Source: Bacteroidota bacterium
Lineage (GTDB): Bacteria; Bacteroidota; Bacteroidia; UKL13-3
DNA: 64,000 nt
Assembly: GCA_947507965.1 (NCBI GenBank)
Contig: CANNQU010000004.1
Coordinates: 15,652 to 79,651 of the forward strand
Direction: 5' to 3'
Of the stretch, positions 8,547 through 19,107 are shown in pieces; the first letter of the stretch is position 1; every line of letters begins with the position of its first letter. The translations under genes were made by a program, and so were the position numbers. Below the pieces are notes generated by a model. That model was given only the letters and a program-made list of their open reading frames with translations. It was not told the DNA's origin and did not search any database.

Positions 8547-10622
8547 TTATGTTTTCAAAGGTATCTCAATTTTTACTGTTGTTCCAAATGCTACACCGGT
8601 ATCTCCTACTTTATCAATAATAACTACGGTTGCTTTCGTGTCGTAAATTCTATTAATCATATCGATTCGCTCAGCGGTAACTTTCATCCCCAGTGATTTA
8701 TGTTCGATTGCCGTCTTGCTTTTCAGGCGCTGTGCTAAATCTCTTCCTATCCCATTATCGTCGATGCTGGCGGTAAGAATATTGCCTTTCATAGAAAAAC
8801 TCAAGGTAATTTTACCGTCGCCATTATATTGCATCAAGCCATGCCAAATAGCATTTTCAACATAAGGTTGTAAGAGCATCGGAGGAATTTCCGTGTCCAT
8901 GATATCGATGTTCTCGTCTACAATTATTTCGTAACCAAATTTATGAGCAAAGCGTAAGGCTTCCATCTCAATATAAAGCTGTATTGCTGTAATCTCATTG
9001 CTGAGAGGTACTAGTTTTGTTCGTGAATTATCTAACACCAAACGAATTAATCTGGAAAATTTCGTGAGATAATCTGAGGCAATATCGGGCTTGCTTTTTA
9101 AGATGAAGAGGTTAATGGAATTCAGGCAATTAAAAATGAAATGAGGATTCATCTGTGCACGTAATGCAGCCATTTCGGTTTCTATTATTTTCTTTTGAAA
9201 ATCAGATTGAATCTGCTGAATGCGTTGCTCTTCGTAGTGTTTGTTTATTCGTAATACTTCATCGGTGCGTTTGTTAACCTGCACCTCGAGTTGTTCGTTC
9301 ATTTGTAGCTGCAATTTTTGGTTTTCCTTTAGTTGCATTATTAATTGCTCTTGGGCTCTCGTTTTTTCACGCTCTATTACACGGCTCTTATGCCCCAGTC
9401 CAACCGAAAAAAAGAGGATCTCAAGAATTACTCCTGTTTCGGCGAAGTTGCTTGGGATCATGATGGCTGAAGTTAAGAAAGTTTGGGAAAAGGCAAGGTA
9501 GGTCGCATAAATGATACCCAAAAACAAGCTAAGAGTACCCATTATAATATAGCGTGCTAAGATACTCTGACTAAAAAAAACCTGGATTAATGCAGCCAAC
9601 AAAATGCTATAATTTATAAATTTCTCAACAGCAAAAATGGTAATATTATTAACTTCGTATGGGCGGATATAAATTAGGGCCAGATCATTCGCAATCACTA
9701 GCACTAAGACCCTTACGGCAATGGTAATAAATTTTTGAAAGTATTTTTGATTGAGGTGTGTTTCTAAGAAGTATTCTACGAATTTCAGATAAAAGATTAA
9801 GCCAACGGCAGTAAGTAAATTTTCGAAACAATAAAAGAACTGTGGAAACCACGCGGTAATGAATCTTAAATTTGCATTAAATTCTAATAAACGTAAGAAA
9901 ATAAAAAAATTGGCCAAGATAAACACCGCATAATACACATAGCCTCTGTAATAGTTGCTGGAGAATTGTAAAATTGTAAATAAAAACATGAATAACATAC
10001 ATGCTAAAAAACAACTTTGAAATATTAAAAATGTAGAACGCGACCGTTCTTCTTGAGAATTAAATTGCTCGTATTGAGCAGGAGTATAAATTTTAAGCTT
10101 TATGTTTTGAATGAGCTTGAAAAAATTTTCAAGCTTTAAATAGTATATCTGAGTTCCGGATGGAGCAATGGTTATTTTAAATCCATATGGAATAGCATTT
10201 TTAGTATGTTTTTTATCGGGATATCCAAAGCCAGCTTTGGCTTCCATAAAGTACCCGTTTTTTTCAGCGTAAAGATTAATAATATCACATCGATTCGAAA
10301 GCAGCACGGCTTCAAAGGTATCGGCAGAGGTGTTTTGGATACTAATTTTGTACCATATATTTTGTTTGCCATAAGCGAACGACGAATTCATGGCTTCTGA
10401 AAAATCAATCGGCACAAATTGTTTGTCGATAATCTGGCTTAATACTAGGTTTTTACTACTATCAATAAAGGCTAAACACGAATTGGTTAGATCGACCCCA
10501 TCGGTAGAGGCCATAATTAAATTCGTGTTGGTAGTGATCGCCGACTGTGCTAATGCGACCCGTAAAGAGCACACAGAGAAAATTAGGATGAATCCCGGCA
10601 AGAAACATTTTTTATACCCCAT
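8547..10622 (-). CDS. LytS-type histidine kinase with 7TM-DISM-like sensor
   Basis: Extracellular DISM-like domain (W.K..I.N), about 7 TM helices, RAQMNPHFIFNCLNSI, LQPYVENAIWHG, DDNGIG. Confidence 0.9.
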   Translation of the reverse strand: MGYKKCFLPGFILIFSVCSLRVALAQSAITTNTNLIMASTDGVDLTNSCLAFIDSSKNLVLSQIIDKQFVPIDFSEAMNSSFAYGKQNIWYKISIQNTSADTFEAVLLSNRCDIINLYAEKNGYFMEAKAGFGYPDKKHTKNAIPYGFKITIAPSGTQIYYLKLENFFKLIQNIKLKIYTPAQYEQFNSQEERSRSTFLIFQSCFLACMLFMFLFTILQFSSNYYRGYVYYAVFILANFFIFLRLLEFNANLRFITAWFPQFFYCFENLLTAVGLIFYLKFVEYFLETHLNQKYFQKFITIAVRVLVLVIANDLALIYIRPYEVNNITIFAVEKFINYSILLAALIQVFFSQSILARYIIMGTLSLFLGIIYATYLAFSQTFLTSAIMIPSNFAETGVILEILFFSVGLGHKSRVIEREKTRAQEQLIMQLKENQKLQLQMNEQLEVQVNKRTDEVLRINKHYEEQRIQQIQSDFQKKIIETEMAALRAQMNPHFIFNCLNSINLFILKSKPDIASDYLTKFSRLIRLVLDNSRTKLVPLSNEITAIQLYIEMEALRFAHKFGYEIIVDENIDIMDTEIPPMLLQPYVENAIWHGLMQYNGDGKITLSFSMKGNILTASIDDNGIGRDLAQRLKSKTAIEHKSLGMKVTAERIDMINRIYDTKATVVIIDKVGDTGVAFGTTVKIEIPLKT

Positions 10623-10788
10623 TCGAATATTCGTGTCGGCACAAATAAATAAAAAAAATTTGAACTTAGATCGAATCGAATCGATAATTGTTGATTTAAC
10701 ACCAAATTCAAGAAATGAGGCTAGTAAAACCGACGACTATTGCTTAATGCTCGATAAACTGTTATTTTGCAAGGTTTAAGAATTAATA

Positions 10789-11994
10789 ATGTATCCACTT
10801 TCAATATACGATCGAAAGAAGCGCTGGAAGATCTGGTTATTTTTTGTTGCCATCGCGATAGCTATCTTTACCCTGCTATACACCGATTATATGGTAAAAA
10901 AGCTCTCTTCGGAGGAGCGGAGCAAAATGCAACAATGGGCAGACGCTTACCGCTTAATTACATCTGACGAAGATCTAAGTTCTGGAACTCAAAACTACTT
11001 ATTAAATAGCGTTATTAGAGCCAATAGAACGATTCCTGTAATACTTGCAGATGAGAAAGGAAATATTAATTCGGTGCTGAATTTTGATTCGGTAAAAGAT
11101 TCTGATCCTGAATTTTTGAAGAGTGCCTACATCGTAAAGCAGCTTCATCAGATGCAAAGCAGCAGTGACAGCATAAAATTCTATTTCGATCCGAGTGACT
11201 CCACCCGATACAATATTTTATACTATAAAGAAAGTACAATCCTGCAACAGTTACGTTACTATCCTTTTGTTCAATTAGGCATCATCGCACTCTTTTTACT
11301 GGTTTCGTATTTAGCATTCTCGGCTTCTCGCCGAAGCGAGCAAAATAAAGTGTGGTTAGGAATGAGTAAAGAAACGGCTCATCAGTTGGGTACCCCAATT
11401 TCATCGTTGATGGCTTGGATGGAAATGATAAAAAGCGATAGGGCAAATATTGACCTTACCTTGGTGGAGGAAATGGATAAGGACTTACAAAGGCTTAATT
11501 TAATTACGGAACGTTTTAGTAAGATTGGTTCTGAACCGATATTGAAAGAGGCCAATGTTTGCGAAGTGGTGTCTATGGCTTTAGATTATATGTCGAAACG
11601 AAGTAGTAATAAGGTAATCTTTATTTTCGAGAAAAACAATGCTTCCGATAGCCTTTGCATGCTCAATATTCCTCTCTTTGAATGGGTGATTGAAAATCTC
11701 ACGAAGAACGCTATCGATGCCATGAATGGAGAGGGGAAGATCACGTGCTCTTTGACCGATTTAGGGAATCATATCATTCTTGATTTCTCTGATACCGGTA
11801 AAGGGCTAAAAACCACTCAATTTAAAGCGATATTTAATCCTGGGTTTACTACGAAGAAACGAGGGTGGGGCATGGGTTTAAGTTTAGTAAAACGCATTGT
11901 TGAATCGTACCATAGGGGCAAGATATATGTGCGTCATAGTGAGGTAAATAAAGGAACTAAGATACGGATTCAGTTACGAAAAACGAATTCGTAA
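10789..11994 (+). CDS. Sensor histidine kinase (HisKA/HATPase)
   Basis: Two TMs; ETAHQLGTP H-box; ENLTKNAIDA; DTGKG; GWGMGL. Confidence 0.92.
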   Translation: MYPLSIYDRKKRWKIWLFFVAIAIAIFTLLYTDYMVKKLSSEERSKMQQWADAYRLITSDEDLSSGTQNYLLNSVIRANRTIPVILADEKGNINSVLNFDSVKDSDPEFLKSAYIVKQLHQMQSSSDSIKFYFDPSDSTRYNILYYKESTILQQLRYYPFVQLGIIALFLLVSYLAFSASRRSEQNKVWLGMSKETAHQLGTPISSLMAWMEMIKSDRANIDLTLVEEMDKDLQRLNLITERFSKIGSEPILKEANVCEVVSMALDYMSKRSSNKVIFIFEKNNASDSLCMLNIPLFEWVIENLTKNAIDAMNGEGKITCSLTDLGNHIILDFSDTGKGLKTTQFKAIFNPGFTTKKRGWGMGLSLVKRIVESYHRGKIYVRHSEVNKGTKIRIQLRKTNS

Positions 11995-12061
11995 TTCAAT
12001 TTCCACCGATGCATATTTACGTATTGCCCATTGAAATTAGTATGAATAGCGGAGGCAAATA

Positions 12062-12092
12062 AAAACCTGGATGATTCTTTCATCCAGGTTTT
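12062..12092. terminator. Intrinsic terminator between convergent genes
   Basis: AAAACCTGGATGA-loop-TCATCCAGGTTTT. Confidence 0.8.
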
Positions 12093-12107
12093 GTTGTAGA
12101 ATAAAAA

Positions 12108-12488
12108 TTAAACCGTTTCTTTTTTCTCTTCTGTTTCGTTCCAGTTTCCACAATGGTTACTCCATCTAGTTTTCATTTGTGTTTTAAATTTCTCACGTTC
12201 CTCCGGTGACATTTTTGCCATTCGCTGTTCCATTCTTTCTTTCCAATGACGCTGTTCGCCGAATCCATGATTACAGCCCCCACGATGACCGGAGTGTCTT
12301 CCCCATCCTCCTACCAGAAGACGCATCAGAACCAATATTCCGATGGCCTGTGCAAAGCCGATACCTCCCGTAAAGACGGATGGGATGAGCCAGTTCCATA
12401 AATGCATTATAATATAACCACCTAAAAGAATAAATCCTGCGGCGAATATTATAAATTTCAATCCTTTTAAAATCCAAAATCGTTTCAT
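12108..12488 (-). CDS. Small membrane protein, LWNWLxP family, with charged helical C-terminal tail
   Basis: Two TMs; LWNWLIPSVFTG.I.F.QA.GI; MSPEEREKFK. Confidence 0.75.
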   Translation of the reverse strand: MKRFWILKGLKFIIFAAGFILLGGYIIMHLWNWLIPSVFTGGIGFAQAIGILVLMRLLVGGWGRHSGHRGGCNHGFGEQRHWKERMEQRMAKMSPEEREKFKTQMKTRWSNHCGNWNETEEKKETV

Positions 12489-12514
12489 GTTATTTAAAAA
12501 TTAATTGTTAAAGA

Positions 12515-12799
12515 TTATTTAATACTGTTTTTTTCAATGTTACATTGTTCTTGAAGTGTGCAATTTCCATCATGTAGTCCATGATTCCCACTCCAATGCC
12601 TTCCTCCATTTAATCCACCAAAGAGGATGAAAGACAAGGCCATTATGCCGAGAGCATGTTTGAATTTTATTCTTGGCCCGGTGAATAATTCTGGTACCAG
12701 CCAGTTCCAAAGTTTTACTACCACAAAAGCGGTGATGGCTATGGTGGTGATGACGATGGCGAAAAACTTTAAAGCCATCAATAAAGAAAGTGTTGTCAT
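12515..12799 (-). CDS. Small membrane protein, LWNWLxP family (paralog of 12108..12488)
   Basis: LWNWLVPELFTGPRIKFKHALGIMALSFILFGG. Confidence 0.7.
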   Translation of the reverse strand: MTTLSLLMALKFFAIVITTIAITAFVVVKLWNWLVPELFTGPRIKFKHALGIMALSFILFGGLNGGRHWSGNHGLHDGNCTLQEQCNIEKNSIK

Positions 12800-12811
12800 G
12801 GGTTAAAAAAA

Positions 12812-13402
12812 TTAATAGTTTAATAAATCGTCGTATAAATATTGCAAACGTTCGCGCAAGTAGATTACCGCATATCTTTTGCGAGAGATGAGTGTTTTTA
12901 CCGACACACCCGTTAATTCAGAAATCTGTTCAAATTTGTAGCCTTCGAATTCATGCATTTCGAAAACTTCTTTCTGCTCTTGGGGTAATTCATCGAGTCC
13001 TTGAATCACCGCCTCCATAATACTTTCGCGCATCAGTATCGTGTCGGCCGAGTCGTCGGAACTTGGAAGGATATCAGCCCAAAGAAACGTGTCATCATCA
13101 TCATGATCTAGTTTCAAATCATGGTCGAGTTTGGTCGTTTTTTGCTTCCGGTAGGAATCGGTAATTTTGTTTCGGGCTACAGTAAACAACCATGAAGCCA
13201 GTTGTTGTACAGGCTTCATTAGCCGATAACTCTGTATCAATTCATAAAACACCTCTTGCAAAATATCCTCTGCATCTTCTTCTTCAGGGATCCTAAATCG
13301 AATAAAATCGAGTAGGCGACGACGGTTCGTAGTTACTACTTTTTCAATTTCCTGATTCTGCTGATTTGTTTTTTCTGTCATTGCAAGCGTCACAACATCC
13401 AT
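12812..13402 (-). CDS. ECF-family sigma-70 factor
   Basis: DAEDILQEVF (region 2), WLFTVARNKITD, LPQEQKEVF...EG...ISE..GVS..T (region 4). Confidence 0.93.
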   Translation of the reverse strand: MDVVTLAMTEKTNQQNQEIEKVVTTNRRRLLDFIRFRIPEEEDAEDILQEVFYELIQSYRLMKPVQQLASWLFTVARNKITDSYRKQKTTKLDHDLKLDHDDDDTFLWADILPSSDDSADTILMRESIMEAVIQGLDELPQEQKEVFEMHEFEGYKFEQISELTGVSVKTLISRKRYAVIYLRERLQYLYDDLLNY

Positions 13403-13413
13403 ACGTAGGAGTA

Positions 13414-13442
13414 AAGACGAACGAGATGGAAAAATACTTTAA
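13414..13442 (-). promoter_or_regulatory. Candidate ECF autoregulatory promoter
   Basis: Minus strand reads TAAAGTA...TCGTCTT. The CGTC -10 core is typical of ECF promoters and lies ~12 nt before the sigma start. Confidence 0.45.
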
Positions 13443-13605
13443 ATTATTTTATTTTGGATACCATTCGTGATTTCACGCAGTGGATTTGTTTATGCCCAAC
13501 CGTTCATCATCCATTCAAATTTATTGCCCTGTATGAAAGGTTAATGAGATAAAATTATTTTAGGAAACAATGAAAATTGCAGGCCGCAGAGCAGATTGTT
13601 ATTTG

Positions 13606-14100
13606 CTATCCTCCAAACGTTTTTGCTTTTTCGAGTACTTCTTCGGCAAGCTTCGCCTTATAATCTAGAACCTTTTGTTGGAGTAAAGGGTCGGCGGTAG
13701 CTAAAATTTGCATGGCTAAAATACCCGCATTCTTTGCTCCGTTCAAAGCCACGGTGGCAACAGGAATTCCGCTAGGCATTTGTAAGATAGAGAGAATGGA
13801 GTCCCAGCCGTCGATGCTATTACTGCTTTTTACAGGCACTCCAATGATAGGTAAAGGTGATAAACTTGCAATTACACCCGCAAGATGTGCTGCCCCACCT
13901 GCGCCAGCTATAATAACCTTTAGACCTCGCGTATGCGCTGTTGTAGCATATTCTAAGGCTCGATGAGGCGTACGATGTGCCGATATGATGGAGACCTCAT
14001 GCGGAATATTTTGTTCTTTTAAGAAATCGGAAGCGGCCTTCATCACAGCCCAATCGCTGTCGCTGCCCATAATGATACCTATTAATGGTGTTGAACTCAT
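13606..14100 (-). CDS. purE: N5-CAIR mutase
   Basis: IIMGSDSD, SAHRTP, AGAGGAAHLAG, QMPSGIPVATV. Confidence 0.97.
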   Translation of the reverse strand: MSSTPLIGIIMGSDSDWAVMKAASDFLKEQNIPHEVSIISAHRTPHRALEYATTAHTRGLKVIIAGAGGAAHLAGVIASLSPLPIIGVPVKSSNSIDGWDSILSILQMPSGIPVATVALNGAKNAGILAMQILATADPLLQQKVLDYKAKLAEEVLEKAKTFGG

Positions 14101-14252
14101 GGTTTATTTTTTTTGTAAGTTAAAATGACAAGGCCATCGTTTGTTGAATTTTTGTTTTAATCATACCGGGAGCATGCCGTTGAAGTTGCAAAGATATAAT
14201 TTTTCCGAAAGGCGAGGGTTTTTTTGAGTATCTTAGGAGGAAATGGATAGAA

Positions 14253-15017
14253 TTATATCTTCCATTTCGCCTCCCCATATAAAAACGCCTTTTTTTCATC
14301 CCCAATACTTAAAACGATGCTCCCATTGGCAAGGACTTCGTTAACTTGACACAGTATCACTTTTTCATGAACGATGAAGTTTTGCTCGTGATATACCTTA
14401 TAAAGCAGCTGAAAGTAATCGCCGTCAATTTTTTTATGGTTTTTAAGTTGTAGTTGCAAATAGCGAGCGCTTATATAGGCAAGTAAAAGATCTACGACCT
14501 CTTGTAGAACATAGATCTCGCCTGTGTTTTTACGTAATGACGTGGGGTTGTTATCGCTCCGAAAATTGACTTGATTTACATTTAGACCCACCCCGACCAC
14601 CGTATATTTTACGTATTCACCCTGAATGGTATTCTCGATTAAAATACCTGCAATTTTTTGCGAATCAATATAAATATCGTTGGGCCATTTAATTCGAGTA
14701 GGGTTATTTGCAAAATGTGACACGGTGCTTTGAACTGCTAAAGCAATACATTTACTTAGTCGGAATGCCTCACTGGCCAAAAGATTTTTTGGCTTTAATA
14801 AGATACTAAGGGTAACATTTTCACCCTTCTCCGTAAGCCATTCGTTAGCATGTTGCCCTCTGCCGTTGGTTTGATCTAATGCCCACACGACGGTTCCTTC
14901 CGGCAGCCCATCGCAATCCGACACGGCTTGCTTTAGGTAGTCGTTGGTACTCGGCAACGAGTCGAAAAGCTGAATTTGAGTTGGTAAGAACTGTATCGGG
15001 GCGAAAGCGGTTGTCAA
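14253..15017 (-). CDS. birA: Biotin--[acetyl-CoA carboxylase] ligase (no HTH)
   Basis: STND, QTNGRGQ, IKWPNDIY, KIAGILIE, GVGLNVNQ. Confidence 0.93.
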   Translation of the reverse strand: MTTAFAPIQFLPTQIQLFDSLPSTNDYLKQAVSDCDGLPEGTVVWALDQTNGRGQHANEWLTEKGENVTLSILLKPKNLLASEAFRLSKCIALAVQSTVSHFANNPTRIKWPNDIYIDSQKIAGILIENTIQGEYVKYTVVGVGLNVNQVNFRSDNNPTSLRKNTGEIYVLQEVVDLLLAYISARYLQLQLKNHKKIDGDYFQLLYKVYHEQNFIVHEKVILCQVNEVLANGSIVLSIGDEKKAFLYGEAKWKI

Positions 15018-15060
15018 ATTTTAATTGCGTAATTTTGAAGCGGCAAATTTAATATAGTTA

Positions 15061-15435
15061 ATGCGAAAAATAAAACCCGTCAACGACACCGATCAATTAA
15101 TACCGAGTATAATTAAAGGTATTCAGGAGAAAAAAGGCAAGGACATTGTAGTTTTAGACTTGAGACAGTTAAGAGCTCGAGCTACCGATGTATTCATTGT
15201 ATGTCATGCCGACAGCACTACTCAAGTTGCGGCAATATACAAAAGTGTTGAGGAAGAGGTTCATAAATCCAATAATGAATGGCCTTGGCATACCGAGGGG
15301 CAGCAAAATTCGGAATGGATTTTACTCGATTACATCAATGTTGTAGTGCATGTGTTTCTAAAAGAGCGTCGTGAATTCTATGGTATTGAAGATCTTTGGG
15401 GTGATGCCCAAATAGAGAAAATCGAAAATGTGTAG
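15061..15435 (+). CDS. rsfS: Ribosome silencing factor
   Basis: EKKGKDIVVLDL, WILLDY..VVVHVF..E.REFY.IE.LWGD. Confidence 0.95.
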   Translation: MRKIKPVNDTDQLIPSIIKGIQEKKGKDIVVLDLRQLRARATDVFIVCHADSTTQVAAIYKSVEEEVHKSNNEWPWHTEGQQNSEWILLDYINVVVHVFLKERREFYGIEDLWGDAQIEKIENV

Positions 15436-15520
15436 AAGTTTTAATCTCTGCCACTTTGACCTATGTTTATTATGGAATAGCATTTGGGATAATATTTTCA
15501 CGAAATAGTAATAATTTAAT

Positions 15521-17566
15521 ATGAGCGACGAAACGAAAGAACCTGGAAGTGACTTTGATAACCAGCAAAAGCAAGAGCCTAAGCGTCCGGTGTCAAGTGA
15601 TGATTTGTCTCCCAAGAACACGAATAGTAAGTCAGGATCTCGCAAACCACAAATCCCGAAATTTAATGTTTATTGGATTTATGGAATCATTGCCGCTGTT
15701 CTTCTTATTTCCTTGTTTATGGAGAACGAAAGTGCGGTTGGGACAAGTTGGACTAAAGTGGAGCGTGAAATGCTCCCCTCCAATGACGTCAAAAAAATTA
15801 TTAAGGACCGCGATCATTTGAGGGTCTATGTAGTAATTAATAAAGATTCGGTACGTGTTAAAGAACCGTATAAAAAAGACCTTCAGAAACTAAGTGCAGA
15901 TAGGCCTACAGGGCATTACGTATTTCATGTAAGCGACTGGGAAAGTTTTAATCGTGAACTCGATGAGGTACTAAAAGTAACCGATTCGAAACACGAAGTA
16001 GAAGTTGTTACGGATCCTAATGGTGGCGGCTGGACCGACATTTTTAATGTAGGGAACATTATGCTACTTGTTATGATCGTAATCTTTTCGGTTGTCATGT
16101 TCAGGAAGGTAAGTGGTGGTGGAGCTGGTGGTGGTGCAGGCTCTCAAATATTTAATATAGGAAAAAGCCGTGCCACCTTGTTTGATAAAGACACCAAGGT
16201 AAACATAAATTTTGCAGATGTGGCCGGATTAGAGGAGGCGAAACAAGAGGTGATGGAGATCGTCGACTTCTTAAAGAATCCAAAAAAATACACCAACTTA
16301 GGTGGAAAAATTCCTAAAGGGGCATTGTTAATAGGCCCTCCAGGAACAGGTAAAACTTTACTGGCAAAAGCGGTTGCCGGAGAAGCTAGTGTACCTTTCT
16401 TTTCTTTGTCGGGAAGCGATTTCGTAGAGATGTTCGTGGGGGTAGGCGCTTCGAGAGTGCGCGATTTGTTTCGGCAGGCCAAAGAAAAGGCACCGTGCAT
16501 TATCTTTATTGATGAGATCGACGCCATCGGGAGGGCTCGTGGAAAAAATTCGGTTCAGGGCGGTAATGACGAACGGGAAAACACCTTGAATCAATTGCTA
16601 ACGGAGATGGATGGTTTTGGTACCGACAGTGGTGTAATTATTCTTGCGGCGACCAATAGACCTGATATTTTAGATACGGCATTATTGCGTCCAGGTCGTT
16701 TTGATCGACAAATTGGCGTAGATAGACCCGACCTTAGTGGTCGTGAGCAAATTTTCAAGGTACATTTGAAAGGCTTAAAACTCGACGCTTCTATCGATCC
16801 ACATAAGTTAGCATTACAAACTCCGGGGTTTGTGGGTGCTGATATTGCCAATATATGTAATGAAGCGGCATTGTTTGCTGCCCGACGTGATAAAATTGCT
16901 ATAGAGATGCAGGATTTCAATGATGCGATAGACCGAGTTATTGGAGGACTTGAGAAGAAGAACAAATTAATATCTCCGGAGGAGAAAAAGATTGTTGCCT
17001 ACCATGAAGCCGGACATGCTATTACCGGGTGGTTTCTAGAACATGCCGACCCGTTGGTAAAAGTAACGATTGTACCACGAGGAGTGGCGGCGTTGGGTTA
17101 CGCTCAATATTTGCCAAAAGATCAATATTTATATACCACCGAACAGCTTACCGATAGCATGTGTATGACCTTAGGCGGGCGTGCTAGCGAAGATTTAGTG
17201 TTTGGTAAAATATCGACGGGAGCGCAGAATGATTTGGAACGTATTACAAAATTAGCTTACGGCATGGTTACCGTTTATGGCATGAACAGTAAGGTGGGGA
17301 ATGTTTCTTTTAACAATTTTAGTCAGGATGAGTTTGTGATGGGGAAACCCTATAGCGAAAAAACAGCGGAGTTAATAGATAATGAAGTACGTGGAATTAT
17401 AGATTCTGCCTATCAACGTACCCGTAATTTACTTATTGAAAAACGTGAGGAACTTGAAATAGTCGCACAGAAACTTTTGGAGAAAGAGGTTTTATTTCAA
17501 ACGGACCTGGAAGTGTTATTAGGAAAACGGCCATGGGGCGCAAAAACAATAGAAGGGGCAGTTTAG
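15521..17566 (+). CDS. ftsH: ATP-dependent zinc metalloprotease FtsH
   Basis: Two TMs; GPPGTGKT; IIFIDEID; SRH; HEAGH zinc motif. Confidence 0.98.
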   Translation: MSDETKEPGSDFDNQQKQEPKRPVSSDDLSPKNTNSKSGSRKPQIPKFNVYWIYGIIAAVLLISLFMENESAVGTSWTKVEREMLPSNDVKKIIKDRDHLRVYVVINKDSVRVKEPYKKDLQKLSADRPTGHYVFHVSDWESFNRELDEVLKVTDSKHEVEVVTDPNGGGWTDIFNVGNIMLLVMIVIFSVVMFRKVSGGGAGGGAGSQIFNIGKSRATLFDKDTKVNINFADVAGLEEAKQEVMEIVDFLKNPKKYTNLGGKIPKGALLIGPPGTGKTLLAKAVAGEASVPFFSLSGSDFVEMFVGVGASRVRDLFRQAKEKAPCIIFIDEIDAIGRARGKNSVQGGNDERENTLNQLLTEMDGFGTDSGVIILAATNRPDILDTALLRPGRFDRQIGVDRPDLSGREQIFKVHLKGLKLDASIDPHKLALQTPGFVGADIANICNEAALFAARRDKIAIEMQDFNDAIDRVIGGLEKKNKLISPEEKKIVAYHEAGHAITGWFLEHADPLVKVTIVPRGVAALGYAQYLPKDQYLYTTEQLTDSMCMTLGGRASEDLVFGKISTGAQNDLERITKLAYGMVTVYGMNSKVGNVSFNNFSQDEFVMGKPYSEKTAELIDNEVRGIIDSAYQRTRNLLIEKREELEIVAQKLLEKEVLFQTDLEVLLGKRPWGAKTIEGAV

Positions 17567-17585
17567 GAGAATAGTCCAATCGTGC

Positions 17586-18902
17586 TTACTTCTTGTCTTT
17601 CACGATAATACAAAGCAATCCCGCAATTATCATTGAGATGCCCCCAATAACAAGGGCATAGATGCTTTGGCTTTCAAAAACATGTTTGATAAAGAAACCA
17701 AGTATGGCCGCAGCAACAATTTGAGGTATGACAATAAAAAAATTGAATACCCCCATATAGAACCCCATTTTATTCGGTGGAAGTGCTTTAGCCAGGATGG
17801 CGTAAGGCATGGTTAATGTTGAAGCCCAAGCCAAGCCAACACCTACCATTGGAATCAATAAAAACATTTTATCTTTAATGAAAAACATGGAAATTAAACC
17901 CATTCCACCAATAATCAAACAAAGTAGATGGGTGTAGTTTTTACCTATTCGTTTCGCCAACATAGGCAGCATAAATGCAACAATGGCCGATATGCCATTA
18001 TATACCATGAACATAACCCCAACCCAGTCGCCAGCATCTTGAAATGCTTTTGAGGTAGTGTCGATGGTGCCAAAAGCATTTTGAGCCACGCTTGATGTCG
18101 TATAAATCCACATCGAGAACAAAGCCAGCCAGGTAAAAAACTGTACCAATGCTAATTGTAACATTACTTTAGGCATTTTAAAAACGCCTTGAACTATTTC
18201 GATAATTCCATTAAAAACGCCGCTGGATTTTAATTTTTCCTGTTCCCATTTTGCAATATCCTCAGGAGGAAACTCATCGGTAGAGAGCACCGTCCATAAA
18301 ACCGAGGCTAAAAAAACAATAGCTCCAATAAAGAAAGAATATTTTACCGAATCGGGAATTACGCCTTCAGCAGCCGTGTTACTAAATCCTAACACATTGG
18401 TAAAGAAGTAAGGTAATAACGATGCGATTACAGCACCAGTGCCAATAAAAAAAGTTTGCATGGCATATCCCGTTGTTTGCTGTTCGGCAGGAAGTTTGTC
18501 GCCTACAAATGCCCGAAATGGTTCCATACTAATATTGATGGAAGCGTCTAAAACCCATAACAAGGTGGCTGCTACCCATAGAGCAGAAGAATTGGGCATA
18601 GCAAATAAGGCTAGGGAGGAAAAGAGAGCGCCCATAAAAAAGAAGGGTCGACGACGCCCGAAGCGCGGATGCCAGGTTCTATCGCTTAAATAGCCAATAA
18701 TAGGCTGTACTAGAAAACCTGTAATTGGTGCAGCAATCCAAAGGATGGGAATATCGTCAATTTGAGCACCTAAAGTTTGGAAAATTCGGCTCACATTGGC
18801 ATTTTGAAGTGCAAATCCAAATTGGATTCCAAGAAATCCGAAACTCATATTGAAAATTTGCCAGAAGTTTAAGTGTGGTTTTTCTTTTACGATTGTTGCC
18901 AT
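17586..18902 (-). CDS. MFS sugar transporter (maltose/sucrose, SLC45-like)
   Basis: IFNMSFGFLGIQFGFALQ, SDRTW..FGRRRPF, MGVFNFFIVIPQI; about 12 TMs. Confidence 0.9.
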   Translation of the reverse strand: MATIVKEKPHLNFWQIFNMSFGFLGIQFGFALQNANVSRIFQTLGAQIDDIPILWIAAPITGFLVQPIIGYLSDRTWHPRFGRRRPFFFMGALFSSLALFAMPNSSALWVAATLLWVLDASINISMEPFRAFVGDKLPAEQQTTGYAMQTFFIGTGAVIASLLPYFFTNVLGFSNTAAEGVIPDSVKYSFFIGAIVFLASVLWTVLSTDEFPPEDIAKWEQEKLKSSGVFNGIIEIVQGVFKMPKVMLQLALVQFFTWLALFSMWIYTTSSVAQNAFGTIDTTSKAFQDAGDWVGVMFMVYNGISAIVAFMLPMLAKRIGKNYTHLLCLIIGGMGLISMFFIKDKMFLLIPMVGVGLAWASTLTMPYAILAKALPPNKMGFYMGVFNFFIVIPQIVAAAILGFFIKHVFESQSIYALVIGGISMIIAGLLCIIVKDKK

Positions 18903-19107
18903 ATTGAATGAAAATTATTTTCCTTGAACCTAGTGACTAAGTAAGGAAGCAATGATAAATAAAATTATTTATAAATTCAGAATGCAATTGAGGTAATTAT
19001 TAACGCTCCACCGTAGATTTCATTCACCACAAAAACAAGCACAGATAATACGTTTACCAACTATTTTAAGATGGCAACAGTAAAAAGTTAACTGAATTAA
19101 AAAAAAC

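Noticed and set aside
10670-10684. (ATCGA)x3 in the gap between the divergent kinases
   Set aside because: Too short, and the 5-bp period does not fit a LytTR site; may be chance.
13461-13610. CCATTCGTGA / CCGTTCATCA pair followed by a promoter-like element and an ATG antisense to purE
   Set aside because: The spacing is 39 bp, not a multiple of 21, and the ORF is short and antisense.
16144-16965. Long antisense ORFs within ftsH (similar ones in secA, recA, purE, rarA and the GH3 fusion)
   Set aside because: Shadow frames of conserved genes with no protein-like motifs.
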